Shown piece by piece: positions 43,541 to 59,807 of a DNA stretch of 64,000 nt. The translations under genes and the position numbers were made by a program. This stretch comes from the human T2T-CHM13v2.0 reference genome, Homo sapiens: NCBI RefSeq assembly GCF_009914755.1, contig NC_060926.1. The stretch is one strand, 5' to 3'. Within the stretch, counting starts at the first letter, position 1, and every line of letters starts with the position of its first letter. The notes under the pieces are model-generated. The model was not told where the DNA came from. It saw only the letters and a list, made by a program, of their open reading frames with translations, and did no database searches.

Positions 43541-46500
43541 GAGAAAGTTCACTCCCTTTCCACCACTCTTTCGCTTTGGATGAGTGCCAATAAATGTCAT
43601 GGAAGAGGTTGGTTACTCTCCCAGCATGTTTGAGGGGAAAGTCTCTTCATTTAAAGATACTCCCTGAATGATAAATTTTTACTCATCAGCTGGTTTAATA
43701 AATGCTTTGCTAAGAAAATGGAGTCCAATATTGGCTGGGCCTATTGCAGTGGTCAGGTGAAAAGGACCTTGGCCCATAGAACCTCCAGCTCTGGCCCCTG
43801 AGACAAGATAACTCCCCAGGAGAGGGACCCAGTGCCAGGCTCTCATGGATTAAACTACAAAACATTTGGATCTTTCAGTTAACCCTCCTTGCTCCTGGTT
43901 ATACGTCCCTGGCTATGATGTCCCCTGTCAGTGGACCTTCCTGGAGGAAGGTGCTAGGAGTGCTGATGTAAGAATTCTGATTCCAGCAATAATTAGTGAG
44001 AGTAAAAATAGGATTAACTAAGCCATTGACTGTTGAGGGCTTATGTGTGCAAAGAAATGTGTTGGATTCTTCAAAGTCTGGCATTTAGCCCATCTAAGTT
44101 CAGTGCACACTATGGGAAGGAAAAGGTTGTGTTGTGTTAGAGGGAGCACAACCAAGTCCTTTCTTGGAGATGCAGCTGTTGTTTTCCTGCATCTGTGTGT
44201 GTTCGCTTTGTCTGTCTAAGGGTCCTGGTCTTCATCCTTTCACCCGTCACTTCCCAGTTAGACTGAAGCACTGGCTTCTTCTCCTGACATGGTCTTTCAG
44301 GGCTAGTGGAGTCCTTGATGTCCTATTATACTTACTTGGGAAATGCTTGAGGCTGGCCCCATCTGGATCCCAGCCTTCTTTCCTATCGTAGCCCCAGGCA
44401 CAATCTGTTAAGAAGAGGATGATTAACAAATATAACCTCCCCACCCACGCCCGCCACCCAGGAGAAAGAACAGGGCATCCATCTCCTCTGAAGCAGAGAC
44501 ACAGTGTGGCCTGGCATATCACCATCAGATGCCAAAGTATGGTCAGATTCTTTGACACAAACAACAGGGCATTTTGAGACTTGTGGGGAAGATGTGATAC
44601 ACTCCAATATACTCACATGAGTTGAATGTATTCAGGGTGAAAAATAAGGCTTTTAACAGACATTTTGCTACCTTAGCATTAGACAGTAATGTGAATGAAT
44701 GTCCTAGTGCCAAGAGTTGTCAGAGGTTTATTATGAGATTCCTCTATCCAAAATCTCTCTACATATGATTATTATTTTGTCAAAAGAAGTATTATTAAAA
44801 ATAATTTGGTGTTATAACCCTTTAAAAATGTTAATACAAAAGGAGCTTTCTAAAAAGCAGCTGAAATGCCTTGTCTCTGTCATTAACTCCTAGGAAGCGT
44901 GATTCTGGTTTTCAGTTCTTCGAAATCCCTTCCTGCTGCTGCCTGCTATCAAGAGGCCCATCTTTGCTTCCTCCCACAAGTGCTGTGGAAATGAACCACC
45001 TGAGTGTGTAACTTCCGAGCAGGGGAGGGCCTGAGCTTGTGATTTTCTGAGGATTAATTTGTTGGTCAAGAAAATAAAAGGTACTCCATACACCTTCTCT
45101 TTTTCCCCTTTCAGTGCTCCCACAGAATTCTCTGATTTTGTGATACAGATAAGAAATAAGCCTATGTCGAAAAATAGTTTAGTCTAGATAGTGATGAAGT
45201 AAAACACAATTTAAAAGCAAAAGACAGACATGTAGTATTTTATGCCTCTTAATGTGTTGAATCATTCTAGTTTAGAGGTGCCCAATGGTGAAAAGCTGTG
45301 CTGAAATTGACCCCCCTCTGCACTGCAGGGACCCTGACAATTGGCACTACTGGGAAAGAAGCTTGACAACAAAAACAAAACCAGGTAAAGGAAGATGCTC
45401 ATAGAGATCTTATCAACAACATTTGTTTACTTGAAATAACTTTGAGGTTCAAACACAAAAGAACAACTGAATATATCCTATCCAATAACATTTTGATGCA
45501 AAAGAAGCCATCATTACAAATTATGCACAAATTTTAATTACAACTAACAAAAGGTGAGGATGGACAGAAAGCTATTTCTGAGGAACACCTATACCAGTCT
45601 GTTTTATAATTTTTCTCCATCCAAAATGACTTATTATTTTATAAATAAAGATAAATTTAAAAAGTTTTAAAAAATTAGCAAAAATCCCTTAAATAGATTT
45701 TGAGTGGAGATTTAATGGCAGGTGAGAATTTCTTTAGGTCTATGTTCATCTGTTATTTTTCAGAGCTCTTTTTACCTTTACAGCAGAAATTATATTCAGT
45801 AGGTACCTAGCAGTTGATAGATTTCTTTTTTAAAAAACCTCTTCTATATTATTTTATATTACAGGAAAAGCAAGAAAGCAAGAGAGACAGAAAGCCTGAA
45901 CAGTGACAGGAACATGAAAAGCTGCTGGCCCCCGGGATGGCACAGCCCTTCACCAGGAGGGCCCGTGGACTCCCTGTGAAAGATGGTTTGTCAATGAGAA
46001 AAAGGCTTCTGAAAAAGGGGGTCACAGGGAGAGAACAGCATGTCCTACTGTATATCCACATGACACTTCTCTTGTACAAACTCCCATGTCCATGACCTCA
46101 TGTTATTTTTAAAACAGGCCAGAGTGACAAATTTTTCAAAAGTGGAAGGGATTTTAAGAAGATTGGCCAAATGATTTCCAGTTCATCGACAGGAAAAACA
46201 AGGGGAGACAGGGAAGTGACTTGCTCACGTCCTGTAACCAACCACAGGGCTCAAGTTTCTTCACTGTGGCCTGAGCCTGTCTGGCTAGTACTACCTGCAC
46301 TACCTTCCTTTCTTGGTGCCCTGCACTGCACAGTTCATTGCTCCTAGGGTGGGGCTGTGGGGGAAGCTGACTTTCTCTTCTCTATTTCCACTTGAACCCA
46401 CCCCCCAGCAGGGAGGTCATGGTGAACGCAGTCTGCCCCCAGGCAGCTGATCTACCCTCCCTCTGCTGTTGTTCCTCAAGGCAACAGCTGAGAGGTCCCC

Positions 46501-47201
46501 TCCCCAGGGAAGTCAGGCCACGGTCTCATCTTTCCTTTCTCCTGAGGCCACTGGCAGGAGGAGGAGCAGGACATGGCTTAGTAAAATGCCATGTTATCTG
46601 TTACAAGGATAGGTCTATAGGAATGTATCATTAATGTAAAGCAAAAAGGGAGGAAACTAGTTATGATGTCTCGAGTCTTAACTGTACCACCACCACCTCA
46701 CACTCCTGTTCACTTTCACCGACTCTCCGTAACCAAAGCACACAACAAAAGAAATATCCTTACGATGCACGATCCGCCACACATATCCAGGGAGCACACA
46801 CTTTAAGTAAATGAAAACAGTCATGTATGGGTGCCTAGTATGTCAGACACTGTGTATTTAATCAATTTCATTCTTCCCACACACTTTTGTTTTTCATACA
46901 AATAATGGAAAGGACATTATCTAATGCCTCCTGTGTTGCTTCTTTTCCAGGGATTATGGGAGTTCACCTGCGTGATCTCGCCTTTGCACCTGTTCTGAAC
47001 ACAGGCTCTTCCACTGTGTATCCTCAGGCTCATGCTGTTCCAGTCCCAGCTTTGAAGCCATCCCAGTCTGGACATCTGGGAGTTCCTTCCTTACCATCCA
47101 ATCCAAAGGGCTTCTCCGCCCTGTGCCCCCTGCTCCGTGGTACTCATTAGCTTTTTACTCTGCATGACTTTTCTTCCTAACATTCATCATTGTTTGGCAT
47201 G

Positions 47202-47863
47202 TGATACTGTTTGGATCCATGTCCCCACCGAAATCTCATGTCAAATGTAATCTTCAATGTTGGAGGTGGGGCCTGGTGGGAGGGGACTCCATCATGGGGG
47301 TGGATCCTTCACGAATGGTTTAGAACCATCTGCTTGGTGCTGTTCTCATGACAGTGAGTGAGTTCTCACAAGATCCAGTTGTTTAAAAGTGTGTGGCTCC
47401 TCCGCCCTGGCTCTCTCTTGCTCCTTTTCCAGCCATGTGAAGTTCTTACTCTCCCTTTACCTTCTGCCACGATTGTAAGTTTCCTGAGGCCTCCCCAGAA
47501 GCTGGGAAGATGCCAGCATCATGGTTCCAGTACAGTCTAAAGAATCATGATCAAATTAAACCTCTTTTCTTTATAAATTACCCAGTCGCAAGTATTTTTT
47601 TTTTATAGCAAGTTTGTCCAACCTGTGGCCCACAGGCCACATGCAGCCTAGGACACCTGTGAATGTAGCCCAACACAAATTTGTAAACTTTCCTAAAACA
47701 TTATGAGTTTTTTTTTTTTTTTTTTTTTTAGCTCATCAGCTATCATTAATATTAGTGAATTTTATGTGTGGCCCAAAATAATTATTCTTCTTCCAGTGTG
47801 GCCCAGGCAAGCCAAAAGATTGGACACCCCTGCTTTATAGCAATGTGAGAATGGACTAACACA
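47202..47863 (+). mobile_element. MSTA/MSTB-type MaLR solo LTR containing MER30
   Basis: tgatactgtttggat...ggactaacaca; TSD gcatg/gcata. Confidence 0.88.
47609..47832 (-). mobile_element. MER30 hAT-Charlie DNA transposon
   Basis: Minus strand starts caggggtgtccaatcttttggc; 8-bp TSD ttttatag/ctttatag. Confidence 0.88.
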
Positions 47864-48139
47864 GCATACATATACACATGCACACAAATATACGTACACA
47901 CAAATATATTGTTTGTGTTTCATTCACTGCTATACGTCTACCTCTTAGAAGAGATCTCAGCATTGAATTTGAACTCATTTACATAGGACAAAATGGTGTT
48001 ATTGTATCCACAATGCGTAGGAGGAAGCTTAGGCTTATTAAAGCTAAACATGTTGCCCAACATCAGAGCAACAGAGAGAAAATGTGATCTCATCAGGGCC
48101 CCAGGCTTCAGTCTCTTTACTCCCCACAACCTGTACAGT

Positions 48140-48184
48140 CTATTGTCTAGAGAGCTACTGTCTAGAGAGCTACTGTCTAGAGAG
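48140..48184. repeat. 3 x 15-bp tandem repeat (ctaytgtctagagag) at a MIR head
   Basis: Directly visible; encodes RELLSRELLSRE in ORF 47993-48412. Confidence 0.9.
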
Positions 48185-48779
48185 CCAGGTTTCAAATCCC
48201 TACTCAGTTCATATTTCTATGTGACATGGGCCACTTTTCTCTGCTCCTTCTATAAATATTTCTCATATACGCATAAGGTAAAAAGTACTGCTTTAGTCTA
48301 TGAGGATGCAAAAATGCAAAGTGGACTTGCTTTTAATTTTTTTTCATTTAATAGAAGGAGATGTATAGAAAGAAATAACTACAATACCAAGAGGGAAGCA
48401 AGATCCAGGTGAGCTCAGAAACAGCAGGTGCCAACACAAGGCAGAGTGAAAGGGCCAGGAAAGTATAGGGATTGTTAAGTAATGCTCCAGGCAGAGAATA
48501 TACAGCACTTAGCACAATTTTTAAGCGTTTAATAGCATTTTAAAAATAAACCTGAGATATCATTATTAGATTTGCCAATTTCCAAATTTTCATTATGCTG
48601 CATGAACTCCAAAATTATTCCTTGTCAAAATTTCAAAACATCATATTAGCTTTATATTTGATAATAAAACAATATTGACCTTAGAGAAAACTTGCAAGAA
48701 AATTCAGATTCACTAAATTTTCATTTTCAGATTCATGGTTTTGCAACACTCTCTTCTCTTTCCCTCAAACCATTGGAGA

Positions 48780-50180
<1,401 letters not shown>

Positions 50181-50449
50181 TGCCAAGAGAAGAGATAAAG
50201 GTCACAAAATTACCTAGCAATAAATCTGACTTCAGCCAAAATCATCTAAGAACTATGAACTTTGGTAAAAAAAAGGATCTTAAAAGAGAAAATTATTTTT
50301 CTTCAATTCCAGAAACTTGGTATTGGCTATTAAAAGCAAAGCTTGAAAAGTTCTGAACATACAGTTTATCTAATGATTCGTTTATTTAATTAGATGAATG
50401 ATCATATAAAATATATCTTTTTTACTTTCTAGGAAGTTTTTTCTCTTAT

Positions 50450-50551
50450 TCTTCCTTCCTTCCTCCCTCTCCTCCCCTCCCTTCCCCTCCCCTCCCCTCC
50501 CCTTTCCTCTCACCTCCCCTCCCCTCCCCTTTCCTCTCCCCTCCCCTCCCC
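50450..50551. repeat. (CCCCT)n pyrimidine microsatellite
   Basis: Directly visible. Confidence 0.9.
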
Positions 50552-51109
50552 GGCCTTAAACAGGAGCACAGGGACTATCTTGAGAGAAAAAGAGAGTAAA
50601 AGAGAGTGTAATATTACTGACTGCTCCTGATTGGATCCCTATTTCTGACCATCTTCACTGTTCCAATGCCAAGCTCAGATCTGAAGGTATTTGGTAAAAT
50701 AAATTTTTAGTTCATAGTATAACCATCAAGACAAACCTGAACTCTTAATAATTAGTCAGGTCTAGGTTTCAATGCCAATAAAATGCCTGGCAGTTGAAAT
50801 TAGAATACCTAGTTCACAATATAATTTAGAAGATAAAACCCAAAATGACACTTTTTGATCTTGTAAGTTGATTTCTTATTTTTTATCCTCTGGGATTGTA
50901 ATGAGGCTTAACCTAGTACTCCAGTTTTTATTTTATTGAAGTATAACTCATATAAAAATGTGCATAGAATTATTACAAAGTTAATACACTTGTGAAACCA
51001 TCACAGATCAAGAAGCATAATTGCTATCTTTCATTCTCTCTCCTTTATTACCCATTTCTAAAAAATGATCAATAAGCCTATAAAATATTTTGGCTGTTAT
51101 TGAATAATC

Positions 51110-51111
<2 letters not shown>

Positions 51112-51150
<39 letters not shown>
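51112..51150. repeat. (TG)n microsatellite, about 19 units
   Basis: Directly visible; lies within an old antisense L1ME-like fragment (about 50920-51460). Confidence 0.95.
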
Positions 51151-51154
<4 letters not shown>

Positions 51155-51464
51155 TTGCTGCCTTGTTTTTCCCAATGTTGTGAGGTTTATGTTTGTGGTT
51201 TTGTGCATCTGTAAGTTATTCATTTGTTGTTTTTTAAAGGATGGGATCTTTCCACATACAAAGCAGATGATAAAAGTTCTTAATTCTGAGAAAAAAATAG
51301 TATATCTAATAACTTATCTGTACATATAGTGTAAGTATATAATATACTCTGCAAATAAAGTTTTGATTTTATACTTTCAAATTCTTATATGTTTCATTTG
51401 TTCTTTTGTTATTGTACTGTTACTATTTTTAGTACAATGTTGACTAGAAGTGATGATGTGAGTT

Positions 51465-52990
51465 AAAAAATGGAGAAGCCAATCCTCAAATTCACATGAC
51501 ATTGTAAGAGATCCTGAATAGCCAAAATAATCTTGAAAAAGAACAAACTTGGAGGACTCACACTACCCAATCTCAAAACTTACTACAAAGTTACAGTAAC
51601 AAAGTCTATGCGGTGCTGACAGATGGATACTCACAGTTCAGTGTATTAGAATCGAAGGTGCAGAGATGAAAACACAGAACAATTGTCAACTGCTTGTTGG
51701 TGTGGGCACCAAGACATTCAATGGGGACAGAATGCCCTTTATAAAATGATACTGGAGCAATTACATAGCCACATACAAAGAATGAAGTTGGACACCTTCC
51801 TCATACAAATACAAAAATTAACACAAAATAGATGAAAAACCTAAATATAAGAGCAAAACCTTAGGAGAAAACGGTGGGTAATCTTCATGACCTAGGATTT
51901 GGCAAAGACTTTTAGGATGTGACACCAAAGGCATGAAAACAACAAAAATAGATAAATTGGACTTCATCAAAATATAAAGCTTTTATGCTTCAAAGGACGC
52001 CATCAAGAACATTGAAAAAAAAAACCTTACAACTCACAGAATGGGATAAAATATCTGCAAATTACATATCTAATAAGCATCTAGTATCCAGAATAATAAG
52101 GAACTCTTACAACAAAGCAATAAAAAGACAAATACCCAATTAGAAATGGGCAAAGGATTAGAGTAATAGTGTCTCAAAAGAAGATACACAAATGGCCAAC
52201 AGCCATGTAAAACTATGCTCAACACCATCAGTCATTAGGGACACGCACATCAAAGCCATAATTAAATTCCACCTACACACAAAGGTGGCTGAAATTGAAA
52301 AGGGGGACAATAACAAGTGCTGGCAATAACATGAAGAAATTAGTACCCGTGTCCATTCCTGGTGGGAGACGAAACAGTGTAGCCACTTTGGAAATGTTTG
52401 GTAGCACTTCAAAAAATCGAACGTATTTTACTGAGCAGCTCCCTTCCTTGGTATGAACTCAAAAGATTTGAAAACGTATGTTCTTCCCAAACCTTAGTCA
52501 TAAATGTTCACAGCAGTGTTATCTATATAAACAAAAGATGGAAACAATGCACACTCGCATCAGCTGATGAATGAAATAACATAGATGGTGAAACAGTAAA
52601 ATAGAATACTAATTAGCCATAAAAGGAGCAATGTTCTGATAAATACTACAATGCAGGTGCAAACAGGGTGCTAAGTGAAAGAAGCCAGACACAGAAGGTT
52701 GTATATCATATGATTCCACGTATATTAAATTTCCAGTATAGCTGAATCTATAGAGAAAGAAAGTGGATTAGGGTTTGCCAGGAGCTGAGAGGAAGGGCAA
52801 ATCCTTGCTAATAGGATCATTGGCAAGGGTAGAATGATTGCTAATAGGTAGAAAGTGTATTTTTGTGTTGAGAAAATATCCTGGAAATAGTAGTGATGGT
52901 TGCACAACTTTGTTGTTATAATACAAAATATCAAATTGTTTGATTTAAAATGGTGAGTTTCGTGGCATATAAATTATATGTCAATAAAAA
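51465..52990 (+). mobile_element. L1MB-type ORF2 3' part and 3' UTR
   Basis: gaatagccaaaataatcttgaaaaagaacaaacttggaggactcacactacc, aaattggacttcatcaaaat, aagaagatacacaaatggccaa; ends gtcaataaaaa. Confidence 0.88.
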
Positions 52991-52999
52991 TGTAACTTT

Positions 53000-53304
<305 letters not shown>

Positions 53305-53637
53305 TCACTGACTAACACTCCCAAGACTGGCATTCCTGCGCTGTGGGTATCGTTCCTGCACAAGTGACTCAGAGGATGCATTGTTTTCCCATCTGTGGCT
53401 CTGAACTCTCTTTGGTCATCAAAATTGTTTATGTCCAGCTAGTTGAAGAGGAAGATTGTGAAGGAAAAAATATCAATTCTCTAAAAAAAAAAATCCTTCC
53501 TTTTGAAGCAAACTACATCATACCTCTTCGTAAGATGGAATTTCACGGCAATGCCTATATGAGACAGGTGCTAGATGATGTATTTCCTTACTGGGAAGGT
53601 ACTTCTCAGTGATAATTGGTTATTGTTTGGACAGGGG

Positions 53638-53989
53638 ATTTATGAGCTAAATTGTGCTTCCCCCAGATTCTGTATGTTGAAGCCTTAGCATAGAGTACAT
53701 CAGAATGCAACTGCCTTTAAAGATTGGGCCATTGAAAAGGTGACTAAGACTCAATCTGACTGGAAGTGGCAAGACCCAAGGGAACATGCCCATCCATGGA
53801 GGAGAGGCCAGGTGAGAACACAGCAAGAGGGTGAGTGGCTTCAAGCCACAGCAAGAGGCCTGGAGAGAGACTGCACCTGCTGATAACCTGATCTTGAACT
53901 TCCAGCCTCCAGCATGGTGAGACAAATAATTTTTTTAAACCACCTGATCAGTGCTTCTTTGTTATTGAAAGCCCTAGCAAAGTAATACA
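53638..53989 (+). mobile_element. MLT1B/C-type MaLR solo LTR
   Basis: tatgagctaaattgtg...tatgttgaagcc...cttgaacttccagcctccag...gccctagcaaagtaataca. Confidence 0.78.
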
Positions 53990-54964
53990 AATGGAGGGAT
54001 GCAATTTGGCATACATTTATTCACTTCTGTCACACTCCACGTTCTGCTGACCTGTAAGCTAAAGGAAAATGTGTCTGTCCCCCTCATCAATGGTGGAAGA
54101 GCTACAGGAAAAACAAAATAAAATCCCTTCACCCCATTTATAAAATGGAAGAAGAGGAAACACAGCAACAACCCATCCCTAGCAGTTTGGGCAGCTGCCC
54201 TCATCCTAGCAGTAGGGGAACTTTCTCAATTATGTCCTCATTCTGCTTCCTTGCAGTGACTCTCTCGCCTCCTTTCCTCTGTGCTCTCTGGGAGATTGTC
54301 TTCTATGATCATATCCACAGCAGGCATCTGGGAGCTTACCCTTCTTCGGGTTTGCACAAATTTCACAGGCAACTTCACACTGGCGGGATTTGGGAGAGTG
54401 AAAGGGTGATTTTACTGTCAAAGATTCTTAAGCCTACAGTAATAGTTTCTTTGGAAATAAAATTTTCTAAGAAATAGGTAGGCTTTTAATCTACTTGACG
54501 CTAGTTAGTTCCATGTGTCAGTATTTAAAGTTTATTACGAGACTGGGTTCTCACACCTGCTTTACATTTGCCCCTTCTTTGCCTAAGCTGATCTCTTCCA
54601 CACTAATGGTGGCTACCTTTGAGACTGTTGAAAAAATAGGCTTAGGAAGGAGCTATCTTTCTGAACCTAACATTTGCTTATTTATTGAGTCCTTCTGTTG
54701 AACTACAGTTTTTAAGTTTTTGTCTTGTTTTAGTTACTCAAAACCATTTTGAATTTAATCCCTTTCTTTCTAGTGTCTGGAAGTTCTTGCCTCTTCTCAC
54801 CCTTCAAAGCTCCATATCTTGACTTTCTACTTGCTTCTGTTTCTAACGAGTGATTCTTATCCAAATTCACCCATATTATAATATCTTGGTGCTCTCTGCA
54901 AGCGAAAGAGAACTCAAAGTAACACTCTGGTCCTTCCTGGCCACTTCCCTTAGAGTGGTGTGAA

Positions 54965-55360
54965 TTTTTGTGGACATTCAACTCTGCTGCCACAGACACA
55001 AAATCCCAAACTGAAGAACAGCAATAACTAGGGTTCCTCTGCAAAAGAAAGAGGCTTAATTGACTCATAGTTCAGCAGAGCTGGAGGGGGAGGCCTCAGG
55101 GAAGTTACAGTCATGGCAGAAGGCAAAGGAGAAGCAGGCGTCTTCTTCTCAGGGTGGCAGGACTGAGTGAGTTCAAGCAGGGGAAATGCCAGAAGTTTAT
55201 AAAACCATCAGATCTCATGAGACTCACTCACTAGCATGAGTACAGCATGGGGGAACTGCCCCCATGATCAATTACCTCCACCTGGTCCTGCCTTTGACAC
55301 ATGGGGATGACAACAAGTCAAGATGAGATTTGGGTGGGGACACATAGCCAAACCATATCA
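54965..55360 (-). mobile_element. THE1-type MaLR solo LTR
   Basis: aaagaaagaggcttaattgactcatagttc...gagatttgggtggggacacatagccaaaccatatca. Confidence 0.87.
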
Positions 55361-55520
55361 ATGTGTATATATTTCTGTATTTAAAATATACTTACATGTG
55401 ATAATAAATAATATATTTATATTTATCATATATTTTATACATATAAAATATACATTTATATACATACACATATACATAGATGTGTGGATATGACTGTGTG
55501 TATATGTGTGTACTATATTT
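55361..55520. repeat. AT-rich (TA/CA) low-complexity tract
   Basis: Directly visible. Confidence 0.75.
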
Positions 55521-56759
55521 CCTCAAAATACTTATCATTGAGTAGATAAATCATTTTTTTTTCAATGATACAACTGAATAGCCATAACAAGGAACAGAGA
55601 ATTCAGATTCAGGAACAAAATGTAAACAGCATGTTCATAGAGTGTGAGACATTGAGAGTTTCTCATTGCAGGACTTGCAGCCAGTTTTTCTGAATCTGTG
55701 TCCACTTCTCTTTTCACTATCACGTATTGAGCTTAGAGCCAGCCCAGCAAGCAGAGAAAGTACAACATGGACTTTCCACAAGCACAGGTTTCCAAGAGTG
55801 ATTTCCTCCAGGACTACTAACAAGGAAGAGAAATTTCTGAAGCCCTCAGTCCTGAATTTGGAGAGCTCTACCCCTGCAAGAAAATGCCTGTTAACATAGC
55901 TCTGCTGGGTATAAAAAGAATTTTATTTTGGATGGCAGTTGGCTATTTTATTCCCTGAATCCTCAGTCTGACTCTATTTCATGGGGTGTCGACTCTGTCT
56001 GTGATTACTCCAATGTTCAGGTGCAGAGAAGTCAATGTTTATGAAAGTGATGTCCCTGTCAGTAGCAAGCATATCATCTGGCCCCCCGAGCTGTCAAAGA
56101 ACAGATTGTAGAATTACCATTAGAATACAGGAGTTTATAGCTGCAGGCAGTAAGTGCAGAGCCGGTAAGCATATGTCCCCAGCATGATATTTTAGCTTCA
56201 TATGAAGCCGTAAAGTGGAAATAAGCCAACAGTACAGCAGCAACTGCTAACTGTTCTGTCTCTCCATGTTTCCACATTGTGCCATATGTCTGGGTAATTC
56301 TCAGTAAAGGGGGCATTACTGTCTCTCAGCTGACTGAGAACATTTCCCAAAAGGGCTCAAAAAATTGGTGCGAGACTATGGTCACAATGACCTCACCTAC
56401 TTTTATTGTCCAGCTGGCCTCATGGATTTTTCATTTAACTCTGGTAGAGACGTGGATCCTCTCTCAGCATTGATTAATTATGGTGAGAAAGTGAAAACTT
56501 TCTTAGAGTGAAAAAAAAAGTTCTTGAGTCTTCCAGATGTCCGTGTCTAGATGGTTAATATTTGCTCCAAAGGTTGAATAGGATTTTATAAAAGGAAAGC
56601 AAGAGATCTTTACATTATTCTTGAAGTGATATTAGTTTTTTTAAAATACAAAAATAACTAATTAATGCTAGCCTAATTAGCATCCAAAAATATGAACCAT
56701 ACATTATTTCAGGAAAGACAAAACTGCCTCCTGTGGATCCAAATCAGGAGGGATTCTAT

Positions 56760-57200
56760 GCAGTTGGAAGAAGAGAGGCTTTGGAATGAGGGATATGGAT
56801 TCTGTTTTCCACTTTGCCAGTTATAAACCGTGACCTTCATCAAGAGTTCAAACTCCTAGAGTCTTTGCTTTCTCAAGTGTAAAGAGATGCTAGTAAGTTG
56901 CAGGGGTGTGCATACATTATCCCAAGGAGCTCATAAGAAGTGCCTATCACGATGAATTTCACACAACAGGGACCCCATACATGTTAGTGACCGTCCTGCT
57001 CAGCTCTGGATGAAGTCAGATTTAATCTTAAGATTGGAGAATAAGGCAGAGACTATTATCTCAATTTATGAGTCAAAAAACTGAATTTCAAAGAGATTAA
57101 TTAAACTTCTCCATATTTTATTTTAGAGGAAAATGCTTAGACTTAAACCCAGGACCCTATAATTTCAAATCCCATGCTAATTTCACTACGACATGATGCC
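56760..57200. mobile_element. Two MIR fragments (sense about 56760-56990, antisense about 57030-57200)
   Basis: aggctttggaat...cgtgaccttcatcaag; attatctcaatttatgagtcaaaaaactgaatttcaaagagatt. Confidence 0.5.
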
Positions 57201-59807
57201 TTGTGAAAATAATGAAGCAAATTCTCTTTCCTATGAACTAAAGTTTTCAGTACTAAAAGTTTCATAGTTCTTGTATTCCACACATTTTTGAACTGATATT
57301 TATTTTTGGCAGTATGACCCATGCATATGCCTAGTATATGATTTCTGTAATTTTTATCAATGACATATTCATCTAAAATTATGACAGCTAAAGGTATTTA
57401 TGTAAACTACACAAATAAATGTGATATTCATAGGGCTTTCCTTGGAATCATAAACTATAAGGAATTAATGACATGAGTGTTAGTACTGAGCTGCACCAGC
57501 CCCTCTGTTTAGCAGGACTAAACTATATTAGCCAAATGCTCCACCTGTGTGTAAAAATATCTTTCAATGGGCATCACTTTAAAAACAGATGCTATTTTGT
57601 GAAACAATCTCATATAAAACCTCAATACAGTTAATATCTTTCAGAACTGTCTAAATGTCTTTTATTAAAAATGCATTCCTGGCCTCTCTGAGTCCATGTG
57701 CTCATCTGTTGGAATGCAAATGAACACTTCTACTGTTGTGGAGTTCTTTATCTGTCACACAGACCCATGTGCCATCCACAGCCTCCCCACTCCCATGAAG
57801 GCAGGTGGTTTCTGTGTCCAGATTCAGCCAATGGGCTTTGAGTGGAAGTAAAGTGTGTCACCTCCATGTAGATGTTCAACAAAAAGTAGCTTAATAACAA
57901 TGCTAATAACCGTACAATAACATTAACAGTGGTATGTATTAATTTCCAATCAGATCTTGATTTACTTTTCCTGGTATCTGATTGGCTTATAGAGACTTTT
58001 GCCACAGTGTTCTTTCTACTTTTCCTACCTTCAGTTTTCTTCATCCTTCCTTTATGCTTTTCAAAAAAAATTTCTTTCATCTAAAGCATGTTTGTTTACA
58101 TTTAAGGCCCCTCTCAACGTGACCCTAACTACTGCTCCAGAATCATGGATTTTCTTAGTTCTCAATCTTACCAATGAATATTCATTTCCTGTTATATACA
58201 TCAGCCACCTGGATTCCTGATCTTTTCTGAACAGCAGTGGCTTTTGCACAACGTCACACCTTTGCAAATTGTGTTATCCTCACTGAAGCGTCCTTGACAT
58301 GTCCTCACAGTCACCAGATCTGAGAGCCTGACTCCGAGGGCTCTCTGGGGTCTGTGATTTGTTCTGCTGGATGATGGCACCCACAGGGTTCCGTCTGAGA
58401 CACAGGTCAGAAGTGCAGTCTCCCGGAATGCGTAGACTAAGTTACAGCAAAAGTAAACAGTACTGAAGCAGCTCAAGAGGGCATCTAATTGAATTATGCC
58501 AATGATTAAGTGCTCTAAATATCTATTCAATCATCTTGCCTCTACCCAGATGAGATAAAAGAATCAAGCAGGAATTATTAGAAAGGAAGAAAAATAAACT
58601 CACACTACAAATGCTGGGAGAAACTTTTTGATAGAGAAGCATAAATGAATGAAATGTCCCCCAAGAAGGCAGAGGAGCAGCACAGAAATCAAATCAGGTG
58701 GTGCTGGGCCACGATGGAAGAGAACTGGGTTAGGGAGGGAGGCCCCTGGTGTGTCACTCACCTCTCACCCTCCACTTAGCACCTCATGTCCAGAGGAGAG
58801 TGCTGTCTGCAGTCACGTCCTTCAATCTGCACATTTATTTTGGGTCTAAAGTCGATGCTTCTTTATTTCCTTTTTGTCTTTCACGTTGAGATTTTCCTCC
58901 TGTATCTCTTTGGATTGATACTGTTGGGGTAGTACAAAAAAATGCAGACTTTCCTGGTTAGGCCAGCCTTGGTTCCAATCCAGCTCAGTCCTTTTTAGCT
59001 TGTGGTCTTGGAAGGGTTACTTTGTCTTTCAATCCTCTGCAGCTTGGAGACTGGAATCCCAATCACAAAATGCTGCTTATTTATTTATTCAATTGATTAT
59101 TTGCTCATTCAAGTAGTTGAGCTCTGATTGTCTGACAAACCTTGGGCTAGTTGCTAGGATTGAGACAATGGGCAAAATGTCAAGACCCTTCTCCTGGGAT
59201 CTTCCAGTCCAGTGGAGCATGAAATAAAATCATGTGTAGGCAATGTCCACCTCAGTGCCTGGAATATAGTAAGTGCTCAGTAAACGGGACAGTGGCTCCT
59301 GTCCTCTTTCTTTTCTTATCCTTCTCACACACTCTTCTGTGCCTCTGTCCTCCAGCCCCCCCAGGGATTCCGACAACAAAGGTTTCTAATTTCTTTCCCA
59401 GCTTAGAGTATTGAGACAAGATTTGGATGAGCAGCCAAACGGAGAATTTCTCCTGGGAAACTTCAGCAACTTGATGCAGCTGCTGAGCAGAGGCCTCATT
59501 TTACGGGACCTCGTTGTCATCCCATGCACTGCATCAGCTGCGATTCAGAGCCTCGCTGGAAGGAGCGACAGGACAAAGGAAAAGACAGGGTTCGCACAAC
59601 ACAGAAGCAACGATATCCCCAGAAAATAAACCAACAAAACTAAACCCCAAAACCTCCCTTCCATTAACAGAGCCACTTAGAATATTAAAGGTTTATACGT
59701 CAAATGGCATCTTTTGATCCCTACAAGACAAAGATGTTACTTTTATGATCCCCACTTTACAAGATGTGGCTCAGAGAGGATGAGAATTTATCCAACTGGT
59801 TCAGTCA

